From Perkinsus chesapeaki ATCC PRA-425 (lineage: Eukaryota > Protista > Perkinsozoa), in assembly GCA_013115145.1 (NCBI GenBank), contig JAAPAO010000055.1, positions 1-64,000 of the forward strand: a DNA stretch of 64,000 nt, read 5' to 3'. Shown here in pieces: positions 9,150 through 20,364 of this stretch (position 1 is the stretch's first letter; every line of letters begins with the position of its first letter). The notes under the pieces were generated by a model, which did not search any database, was not told the DNA's origin, and worked only from the letters and a program-made list of their open reading frames with translations. The translations under genes were made by a program, and so were the position numbers.

Positions 9150-10568
9150 CAGACGAGGGAGATGCTACCACAGGAATACATCCCGCGGGGTGACCCCGCC
9201 CAGAGGGCTAAGCTATCGCGCATCCAGTGTAGATCCTACTTTTTCTGTCATGAGCGCTTTTCGCGCTGAACTTTGACTTTCGAACTGGACATAGGCCACC
9301 TGAGTTCCTGTGCCGGGTTCGGGCTCTGTGACCGCCTGAGAAGAGGAGACAATAAAATGCAGCGCCAAAATGACGATTCGTACCAGGCACTCAATCTTCT
9401 CTGGATTCGGAAAAAGTCGATCCAGTATTTTCATATCCAAGGGCCTGATTTGGGCACAGGTTCGAATCCCAGGACAGGCTCACGCTCAGGCTGATGCTGC
9501 TTACCCCTCTTCGAGTGCCCCGAAGATAGCTAAGGCGTGCGGTGTATGAAACTGTGGGGGGTCCCCAGTGTAAACGCCCTCAGGTGGTATCCCTCTAGGG
9601 GGTACAAAAACGACTTTCAACATTCGTGGTAGCGACTGAGACGGTCGGCAGATATTAAACTGGACTCGATCGTACAACCTGAACAGTTGGAACTGAGGCC
9701 GACGCTCAAAGGCTCCTCAGGCATCACAATCATACCTCTTGAAGCCTTGATAGCGATCCTGTGGTACCAAATGTTTATACTTTTCCATGAAAATAAGAGC
9801 TTCCTGTTCCCTGCCAAACTTGTTGAGTATCCCAGCCACATCCATGATAGCGCTTGTCGCCTGCGAAAGGCATCATCCATCGGAGCATCCGAACAGCGCC
9901 TTATCTTACCCGAATGCCCTTGTCGATGCAGACGGAGTGCCAGTACAATGCGCTCTTATAGTCCCGCGAGTTCTCGGCCACCTTTGCTTTGTAATATGGC
10001 GAAGAGTCCTGAAGAAGCAGAAATATATCAACAGAGGAGGAGGACGACGACATCGCCGGATTTATGTCCGCAAACGGGCAGCTGCGGGCTCAACGAATTT
10101 CAGACTTCCAAAGCTTTGCTAAATCTCGCCAAGTTGACCAGCCGATACCACAGGAGACGTTTGCCTCCCCGACGACACCACCGTGAGAAGGCCGGCCGCT
10201 CTCTGAAAGAGATTGGAGACCCTCCCAGTGGAACGTACGCGCGGAAGGGTTATAGAGCTGCTTCTCCGGTACAGGAGGATACCTCCAGCAGCTGCTGCTG
10301 ATGCTGCTGATGCCGTATCGTCAGATACTAAGTCAGGTCGAACTCGTCGAGCTCTGATATGTGACGTGACAGAACCCATGACAGGGCTCACCACGCCGCT
10401 TAAGGCCCCAGAACTGAAGCCATCCAGCGGCTCATCCTGTGCAAACAAAGCGGCCGCGGCGGCTGGGATGTGATCAGACACCAAGAACCCCTCTACGGGG
10501 GAAGGACCGGCTAGCTCATGCTGGCGATGATGATGAGACGCAGAGCCGCCCCGTTCGAAGTCGACCAT
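9150..10568 (-). CDS. Hypothetical protein with a probable C-terminal RRM (spliced; model incomplete)
   Basis: Low-complexity open frame from MVDFERGG (10568). Exons KILDRLFPNPEKIECL and TQVAYVQFESQSSARKAL (RNP1-like), the latter bounded by AG/GT at about 9239-9328. Confidence 0.35.
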
Positions 10569-10814
10569 GGGAAAGATTTGGTGATAAGGGAACGACAAAA
10601 GAATCCCAGAGTGATTGAGTCACGAACCAGACGCTTTTCTACAAGAACTAATGAAATCTTTACTCAGCACAGAGATCATCACCATCACCACCCTCATCAT
10701 TCACTTAAGCAGATCCCAGTATCGCCGCGGCAACATTATGAGGATCCTGGGCACCGTTGGAGTCCGAGCCGTAGGCCATGGGGCCAGTCTCGCCACCTGT
10801 GGTGGGGTCCGAGG

Positions 10815-13800
10815 CTATTCCTGAGGAAGGGGGCCTAGGGTAACAGAATTTGGGAACCTTGCCTACCTTGCTCGTCGACGCCAGAGATATGAACGAACTG
10901 CCCGTCAACATTCTCCTTGATCAACTCCACTGTATTATCAGCCAATGCCACGGCCAGGACCTGCACAGGAGTAGGGGGAGTAGACAAGTAGCGTTCGCAA
11001 TCTGACACCAGCGGGAGTCTATCTTAAAAGCAAGAAGAGCAGAAACGGCGGAGCTCCTTGGTCCTTTTATAAAAGATACAATTATGGTTCAAGTTGACAA
11101 CATATAACAGCTGTAACAAAATATTGTTTAGAGGGCGACGAGTCCGGAGGAAGGGTAATAAGTGACCATGACTGATCGAAGCGAACCCCCGAACTATATC
11201 TTCCTCGAGCGACACAAAGAAGGGGACTTTGCGCACATTCTGGCGCCTTATTCCTCCCGGGATTTCCGGGCGCACATTTCGCTGCACGCAAACCCGCGCA
11301 AGACTGCCCTCGATCGCTCCAGAATCTCAAGGCGTTCGTGCCAGAGATTGCCAAACGAACACTCCAGGAGCTCCGCCAGACAGATATGCTCGAGCCTTCT
11401 CATGCTTACCGTGCCGGTGATGCTCCAACTAAGCCGATAAGCCGCCGCTTTCATGTGAAATTCCTGGGCAACTTTCCAGCTCTGACCCTCCATGTCACAT
11501 TGCCAAATCTGACAAAATAATAAAGTGGAATCTATTAATACCACAATCTCCGCAATGGGTGCCTACACAGTGTGTAGTACACACGCCTGCAAAATTTAAA
11601 CTCAATCTTTTCCAGCCCCGAGCAACCTCGATAGCGCGGCGATTGTGTGCTCGACTATGGCGCACAACCCATGTTTTTGAACAGGTGCTCTCAGAAAGAG
11701 GAACCCATGTTTTCGTCGGTGCCGACGAAAACCCCCACAAACTCACCGACTCAAAAACACGCAGCACATGAAAGCACAAAGAATGATACGCATCATCACT
11801 CGAGGAATGCTAACTCGTGGTAAGCCTGGACCTGTAATTTTGTGACAATCGACTAGACTAGAATGTACTGGTGTAACTATGGGGTTGCGGGGAAAGTGCA
11901 GCGAGAGGTAACCGTACCGTCGGGATGCCGGCGATTCGGCGAGCAACGCAAGTAGTTCTGTCCCGATAAGTGCTGGTCTAAACCACATTCCGCTTTTCGG
12001 GGAGCATATATGGGAGGCTAGGAAAACAGCAGCGCTGCGTGTCCGGGGAGAGGTTCTAACTAGCCCAACTTGGGACCCAAGTTACACATGGCTGTCCACA
12101 TGGACAGCGGACAGCACAGTGCGTTGGCCTCCCGTCGTTCTACGCACGCGTGCCGCCCAACTCGGATTGTGTATCACGTGAGACCCACAGGACATTTCGC
12201 AGAGTGATAACGCCCCTATTAAAATGCCACTACAGACATTCGTGGGACATAGCCCAAGAACATCTACAAGCACTCACCACGACACTGCCGTCCTCCGAGC
12301 ACGAAGCGATATGCTGCGTTGGGATACCAGCGTTAGGTCTCCAGGCAACATCTCGAACCTGAGCATTGCTCCATGATGGTCGTCGTCATCCCCCTCATGA
12401 CTTACAACATCGGTGTGCTTTCCCGACGGCATTTGCGTCTCGGCGCTCCATTCGCCTGTGGAGTCATCCATTCGCCAGATCCGGACCTGACAACCGAGTC
12501 TTAACACTACGGAGGAGGCGGGGGCGGCGGCGACGGCCACAGACACTTGTGAGCTTCGCCGCGCTCGAGTAATACTAGCGCATATCCTGCACTCAAAAAC
12601 GGGAACCAAGTGATAGGAAATCCGAATAGTCCATGTGTAGAGTTGCCGGGCCGGGAAGTGAGTTTACCTGGTTATCATTGCCGCCAGAAACCAGCCTTCT
12701 TGGACCGACTTGATCATCGTTGGAGGGTTGCTGTTGAACCTGAGCGCGATCAACTCGGCATCCACACAAAGCACCGAAATTATCGCTAGATTCAAAATAG
12801 GTCGGACTGCTCGCCCTAACGTGAAGGGGTAGAAGCTTACCGCTGGTCCTGACGCGAGGGTTGCCGGGGTAGTGGCTGGGCTCCATGAAACGGCGAGCAC
12901 GCCTCCAAGATGAGCATGTGGGATTACCCTAACAACAAACACGGATGTTGTGAACGCTGCACTAGGCAGCCAGAGAGTCGGTGCTGGTAAATATCTAACG
13001 CTTACTCGGTTCATTGATAAGTACTAATTCAGCATAAGCCCTATAAGAGCAAGCTATCGCAGTTGGAAGAAAAATGATGTACCAAATCACAGTCGGCGAA
13101 GGGAAGCCACCTCCCTACTAGAACGGAATTGGGCCAAAGCTAATGCAGATTCTTAGTCCTACGGGCATAACCTTATGCCAGCTGAGAACCCCCCCCCCCA
13201 TAGAGGGGAATAGAACCAGCTGTATTGATATATAATAATACTACTACATATAATACCACTATTTATGATTTATGTACTCATAGCGCTCAAGGACCATGAA
13301 TCAACAAAATATTAGAAGCTAATTATTAGCTATATAATCCCGCAGGACGATTTGTGAAGTGTGAAGGCCGCGGGTTCGAATTCCACCGCCGACATCTCAC
13401 TTTCTACTCCACGTGGCCATCTGTTCATGAGTCAGGACGGAAATGCTGCCATCACTGGACCCAGCAGCCAGAACCAAGCCGTATTCCCACGGGGCGAACG
13501 AACAGGTGTTAACCGAGGCGGTGTGGGACTGGTCACGGTATCTGAGTCAAGCCTAGTGCATGGCGGATGTGGCGAAGGTCGAAGGAACTCCGCGGCGTCA
13601 ACGATAAGTAAAGATGAGACAGCTATATGAGATGTTCATGGCTTATATTATAGACTTGATAACGGAGAAGCGAGGCATATGTATACTGCAAGCTTCAAGC
13701 AAAGATACCCTCCAGAGAGATACAGCCAACTTGGGACCCATAAGACTGGGAAAAGTCGATGCATCAATGTCCTCATTCAACTGGAGGTCTTTATGAATGT

Positions 13801-14529
13801 TAGCGGATACACAGCGCCTCATGGGAGAGGCGGTCATGATAAAAGTACCACTCATCAGTAGTAGTGTGCGCGACGTAGTAGTTTATTACTAATACATTAA
13901 GTGAATGAATGCAGTAAAGTAGAACCATAACAACAATATATAACACTGGACATTAAGATGATATACTAATACGCCCCCTCCCCGTGGATCCAAGCCGATA
14001 GCTTACAGTTGCTCCCATGTACTGGTCTGTTGTTGATGATGATAACCACCAGTGACCTTCTCTCTCCATATGATAATCTGACACATTGGTTCCCCCCCCC
14101 AGACCCTCCACCATCATCGACCCTACCTGTCTATCGTACCCCACAGAAGCGATTACGCTGCCGTACATCGGGTGAGCCCACGACACCTGCCAGACTGGCG
14201 AGCTGTGCCCACGTAGTTCGCCGAGGAGGACCTGCTGCTCCGTACCTGGAAACTGTCGTTACCAGGAATCGAACCCACGGTCTTATCAGCTTACTGACGT
14301 CCCAAATCCGAACCGTCGAGTCCCCGGAGGCAGTCGCCAAGCGTTTGCCGTAATAGTCCAGCTGAGCATCATGAATAGGTCCGGTGTGGCCCGTGTCGAA
14401 CGAACAGGAGACCGGTCCCGGAGGTGGCGGCGGAGCTGCTTGCTGCTGAGGCTGCTGAGGCATTCCGAAGGTGTTTATCGGTGGAGCACCGCCTGCCGAT
14501 CTCTGCTGTGGTAGCGTTTGTGGCATCAT
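10815..14529 (-). CDS. SEC13: Sec13 (COPII/nucleoporin WD40 protein), multi-exon
   Basis: Exons GHTGPIHDAQLDYYGKRLATASGDSTVRIWDV; WAHPMYGSVIASVGYDRQV; HTASVNTCSFAPWEYGLVLAAGSSDGSISVL; VRDVAWRPNAGIPTQHIASCSEDGSVV; IWQCDMEGQSWKVAQEF..YRLSWSITGT; VLAVALADNTVELIKENVDGQF; final GPLPQE* (TAG 10815-10817). Confidence 0.92.
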
Positions 14530-14689
14530 TTATGCGCTAAAATATAAGGTAAAAACTGCTACTGTTATTGGGGGCACTTCAACAACACGGAACTGCTGAT
14601 GCGAAACAGTCGCCCTGCCCGCCTGGGAGGGCAGCGGTGATGATGAAGCTACTACGAGGGATGAGGTCAAAGTAATACACATAATGGTG

Positions 14690-16223
14690 CTATGAATCGT
14701 GCCTATCGACAAATCTAAACACACCACAAGCCGCGGTCAGAAAGTGAGCATCTCCATCAAGCTCGAGGTAGCGGCCGGGACCTGATGCCTGGCCGCTGGG
14801 CCCTCCATCCCCCCGACTACCCCACCGCCTCCGCCGCCGCCGTAGCGTAGCAGCAAATGATCGGTTCTGAAGCAAGATGGACTTCACTCGACCGCGCCAG
14901 ACCTACCTGTTTGCCCAGAGCAGGCAGGCGGTCCTGTAGGTCTTTCTGGCACTTCGTCGCTGCTGAAGCGCCTCTTTCTTCCCCTCGCTCTCAGTTGACG
15001 TCTCCGTATTAGAACCCTCAGCAACTTCCTTCTTTGCTTTGCGAGCTGCTGCTGCTGCTGCCTCCGCTGCATACGAGGACCCCCCTCGAGATTGGTCAGG
15101 ATCGCTACAGTCAGCCGTCGACATCGATGATGATATCCGAGGGGCAAACGAGGCGGTGACCTCCAAAGCCGTGGTCGAGGTGTTGAACAGCCACTGCGGG
15201 TGATCGGCGTTCAATAGCATCCTCAAGACAAGACATCCGAAGTCTTGCTGAAATAATAACAAGCTCTGGGAATCTTTCGCACTATGAAGAGTTCTACATG
15301 CGTGACAACAAGAAGGGTATCCACATCGCGGGACGCCGCCATTTTGTAGATCCACTCGACGACCTTCCTGGCCCGCCCGAGCATTTGTTGGAGGGTCTCT
15401 CGGCCCTGGGTGGGATCGTACCAGCCGTCCTGATGATATATATTAATAATACCGGGAATTGAACCCTAGACCATCCGTATAACAAAGCAACACCCTAACC
15501 TCTGGCCCATATTACCTCCATAGAGCTGGAACACTGCCACTCGCTCCCGAATTCTTCCCGAATTTCACTCGCAGTCATCCCCGATAGCCCAATGAACGCC
15601 GCACCCGCCAACTCTTCTATGCTTCGCGCTCGACTCTTGCCGTCACCGAGCGAAGAAGGCAACTCACGATTCGGGTTCGGCGCAAAGCAGCCACCAAACT
15701 GAGATAATATTACCATATTTCCTTCGTATCTTCCCCGCACTACCTCGTAAAACAACGGTTGTACGAATGCTCCTTTAAAGTCGATGCCCTCTATCCCACC
15801 CGCCAGAGCATCAAGCAAAGGCTGTGCCGTCTGAAAGGAGCTGTCTGTCACCTACTCTCAGCGATTATTACCTCAAGAGCTCTCCGCATAGGGCTCGAGG
15901 CCAGCATAACTCGATTAGCCCTATCACCCTCCTCTTGCCCCCCATAACCACCCGGTATTGCATTTATCGGTGGTGAAGGCGTCAATACAGTGTGCCGAAC
16001 CGTTCGAGCCAGTGCTTCCGCCTGGAGCTTACCTATTTAAAAACGCTAGTAAAAATGACCAGGGAGGAGATGCATTACCGACGTCCGAGATACCCGGATC
16101 AATGGAGCGTATTTGGTCGTAGTGGGCCTCCGCTGGCTTAGCCTGGCCGCGGTGCTTGGCTAGCAGGTCCTGCCAGAGCTGGTTATTGTAGCTCTGTGCG
16201 TGCCTTATGAACACAATACGCAT
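14690..16223 (-). CDS. Histidine phosphatase / phosphoglycerate mutase family protein (spliced)
   Basis: N-terminal MRIVFIRHAQSYNN (RHxxS motif), ..DPGISDVG; downstream open exons 15495-15851 and 14903-15355. The last exon is inferred. Confidence 0.7.
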
Positions 16224-17137
16224 GACGCAATCAATTAATAGGCTCCAACAGCACAGGCCAATTAAAGGGAAAAATAGAAGGAGGTTTAATAATACAAACT
16301 ACCCGAGAAAAGCTTCCATAACAGATCGGCATAGCACCTTCTAAGAGCCCTTCGAGTCGGCTACCGTCGTCAAAGGTTTGCTAAGTACCGAGGGGAATTC
16401 CGCAAGGCAAACGATCGGAAGGAGCCAATGCGTTTGCCTGAGACACTAGAGCCTTTGAGGATTGTACAACGGTACCGCTCTGTGTGAATGTGAGTGTGAA
16501 TGGACTCTAGTAACCTGGTCCAGTTGTCGAGGATAAAGTCCAAATTTCGCAAGTCGATTTGGCAGCAAGTTCATTGGTTACCACCCTTCACTGGATACTA
16601 GGTGGCCGGAAGAAAGTGCTGGAGCGAATTGGCCGGCGTAAGGTAACAAAAGCACTGTCACTCCACGGCGATTTAACACCTACCCGATTCGGAGGAACTA
16701 CGCTGCCATAATTTGTCTAAAATGCTGTGCTAGTTCGAATATTTGGCGCACGCCTCGAAATACATGCCAACGCAGAATCTCCTGTTCCTTCGGACTGATC
16801 GTTGTTGTTGTTGGTGAGGTTCTTGAGATGATACTACGTACCATGCGTATCTTTTATATATTAAAAACCCAAGAATTTGAGCAATTCAGCGCTCATTCTT
16901 GTTGCGCTAAACTTGGCTCCCGAAAGAGTCGTCCCGCTCTACCACTGCCGGTATTGAACAATGACGGGCATACACACCTTTGCTGTCGATCCTTCCGATC
17001 ATCTGTAGTCCGAATGAGATGGGTTCAGGGTTCATCAGGATTCTTACAGTTGTAGCGTCGCTCTGAACAACCAATTGAAGCACCCTACCGTCTCAATTCA
17101 TCACATTGCCGTCTCCTCAGGGACATACCCTTTTCTA

Positions 17138-20134
17138 ATGTCTATGATCGAGCAAGCCAAGCGTATGGGGGTCAACACCGAGGTGTTCGGTGATGCCTCT
17201 CCCTTCGGCGATCCTAACTGGTACCAGTCCTACAACACCCCCTTCTACAACGACTCTCACAAGCGTCTTCGTGCCTTTATGCGCAAGCTGGTTGAAGAGA
17301 AGCTTATGCCACACGTCCACGAGTGGGACGAGAGTTTCGAAATCCCGCGTGAAGTTCACAAGATGCTCGGCCAGACCGGCATCAATGTGCTGGCCATGGG
17401 CCACCCCTATCCGGTGGAGTACCAGAGCCCCCCAGAATGCCTCAAGGGCGTAGAGTTGGACACCTTCCACGAACTGGTTTTATGCGACGAGCTGGCCAGA
17501 GCCGGCAGTGGTGGCCTGGCCTGGGGTGTCGTTGGTGGTCTGACGATCGGTCTCCCCCCTGTCCTGAGATTCGGCTCGAAGGCCATGAGAGACCGTGTTG
17601 TACCCGAATGCCTATCTGGTGAGAAGATGATATGTTTGGCGATCACCGAGCCGACTACTGGATCTGATGTTGCTAATATCAGATGTAGTGCAAAGAAGTC
17701 ACCTTGTGGTAAATATTATATTGTTAATGGTGAAAAGAAATGGATAACGAATGGCATCTGGGCTGATTACTTTACCGTAGCTGTCCGTACTGGTGGCTCT
17801 GGTATGGGTGGTATTAGTCTAATGCTTATTGAGAAGACTATGCCTGGTGTTACTACTAGAAGAATGAAGTGTTCTGGTGTATGGTCATCTGGTACAACAT
17901 TTATATCATTTGATGATGTTAAAGTTCCGGTAGAGAATCTAATTGGTAAAGAAAATAAAGGTTTCAAGTACATCATGCACAACTTCAACCACGAGCGTCT
18001 AGCTCTCTGCACCCTCACTAATAGGTTCGCCCGTGTCTGCTACGAGGAGGCTCTGAAGCACGCTAATAAGCGCAAAACTTTCGGCAAGACCCTGGTGCAG
18101 CATCCGGTGATCAGATTCAAGCTAGGTGAGATGGCACGTCAAATTGAAGCCACTCAGTGTTGGATGGAGCAAGTGGCCTATCAAGTTGGCACCATGCACC
18201 CATTGGAGGCTAACATGAAGCTCGGTGGTGTAACTGCATTATTGAAGGTTCAATGTACAAAAGTATTTGAATATTGTGCAAGAGAGTCTGCTCAAGTATT
18301 TGGTGGATTATCGTATTCTCGTGGTGGTGTTGGTGAGAAGGTTGAAAGGCTTAACCGTGAAGTTAGAGCGATGGCAGTGCCCGGTGGAAGTGAGGAGATT
18401 TTACTCGACCTCGGAGTCAAGCAGATGTCGAAGCTTGCTGAGATGGCCAGCGCTTTAGTCGAGCAGGTAAGATTCTCGAAAGCTCAAGTTTTGCTCTTCG
18501 TGTTCATTCAGTTTTGGTGTGATTATTATTACTTTTCAGGCCGAGCAGGAGAATGCCGGTAATAAGAAGCAGATGGCCATGGCTCGAGCGATGGGCGTCA
18601 ATACCGAGGTTTTCGGTGATGCCAACGCCTTTGGTGATCCGTACTGGTACCAGGCCAATAATAGCCCCTTCTACAACGAGACCCATAGGAAGCTTCGTGC
18701 TTATGTTAGAGAGCTATTTGAGAAGGAGATCATGCCCAACGCCTTTGAGTGGGATGAGAATCTTGAGATTCCCAGAGAGGTAGGAGGAGACCGCGCAGAT
18801 TCTTACAATTCTCCTATTACTTTACTTTTTATACTGCGTCATAGTAGTTCACCTCCGCTGGACAAAAACATATATGGTGCGCACTGTCGAATGTTCTCCT
18901 CCCAAGATCGCCCGTACATCTGCACTTCTTTCGCCTTGTTATGAGGCCATATCTTCCATATGGTACCATTTATCGCCTGTTTCAGGTCCACAAGCGCATG
19001 GGAGCTCTCGGCCTCACATGTCTGGCTATGGGTCACCCTTATCCAGTTGAATACGGCAAGCTCCCTAAAATCCTTGAAGGCGTTAAGATCGACGTTTTCC
19101 ATGAGCTCATTGTATCTGATGAGCTCTGCCGATGTGGCAGCGGCGGAGTGGCCTGGGGTCTCGTTGGTGGTCTGACGATCGGTCTCCCCCCTGTCCTGAG
19201 ATTTGGCTCGAAGGCCATGAGAGATCGTGTTGTACCCGAATGCCTATCTGGTGAGAAGATGATATGTTTGGCGATCACCGAGCCGACTGCTGGATCTGAT
19301 GTTGCTAATATCAGATGTAGTGCAAAGAAGTCACCTTGTGGTAAATATTATATTGTTAATGGTGAAAAGAAATGGATAACGAATGGCATTTGGGCTGATT
19401 ACTTTACCGTAGCTGTCCGTACTGGTGGCTCTGGTATGGGTGGTATTAGTCTAATGCTTATTGAGAAGACTATGCCTGGTGTAACTACTAGAAGAATGAA
19501 GTGTTCTGGTGTATGGTCATCTGGTACAACATTTATATCATTTGATGATGTTAAAGTTCCGGTAGAGAATCTAATTGGTAAAGAAAATAAAGGTTTCAAG
19601 TACATCATGCACAACTTCAACCACGAGCGCTTCTCCCTTTGTGTCCAAACCAACCGTTTCTCTCGTGTATGCTACGAGGAGGCTCTGAAGCATGCTCATC
19701 GCCGCAAGACCTTCGGCAAGCCCCTTATCCAGCATCAGGTTATCCGCTGGAAGCTCGCCGAGATGTCGAGGCTAATCGAGGCAACGCACGCCTGGCTGGA
19801 GAACATCGCTTATCAGCTTTCCACCATGCATCCATTGGAGGCTAACATGAAGCTCGGTGGTGTGACTGCATTATTGAAGGTTCAATGTACAAAGGTATTT
19901 GAATATTGTGCAAGAGAGTCAGCTCAAGTATTCGGTGGGTTATCGTATTCTCGTGGTGGTGTTGGTGAGAAGGTTGAAAGGCTTAACCGTGAAGTTAGAG
20001 CGATGGCAGTGCCCGGTGGAAGTGAGGAGATTATGATAGACCTGGGAGTTCGACAGATGCGCAAATTGGCGGAGATGGCTCGGACCATGGTGGCCGAGGC
20101 GAACGATGGCAACGAGGCCCCCAGCAGGCTTTAG
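17138..20134 (+). CDS. Tandem-fused double acyl-CoA dehydrogenase with C-terminal PTS1 (SRL)
   Basis: Two complete ACAD modules (CLAITEP..GSDVA, NGEKKWITNG, FNHER, VPGGSEEI) joined in frame by phase-0 intron 18467-18539; second intron 18780-18985; ends EAPSRL*. Confidence 0.85.
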
Positions 20135-20364
20135 GCGAACGATGGAGGCATCCTCCTCATCGGATTTGTTGTTAGTGTTATCTCATTGATACGATTGCCC
20201 TCCACCGCCGCCGCTGCCGCCCACTTCAAGATTTGTTTTCGGTCGTGCAATAGTCGTCCCAACATGTAGTCAATTTTTTAATAGCTATTTCCAGTGTCGA
20301 GTGGACAGTCAATTGAGGTCGCTCCACCAGGGTGACCTTCCTCGGCAAAATGATAAGATAGAAT

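Noticed and set aside
13373-14275. Isolated B-box-like motifs (13373-13384, 14265-14275; also 42674-42683)
   Set aside because: No A-box or cloverleaf; short motifs expected occasionally by chance.
18467-18562. Read-through C-terminus VRFSKAQ...RAGECR* of the 495-aa ORF
   Set aside because: It reads as translated intron (GTAAGA...TTTTCAG); the spliced fusion is more parsimonious.
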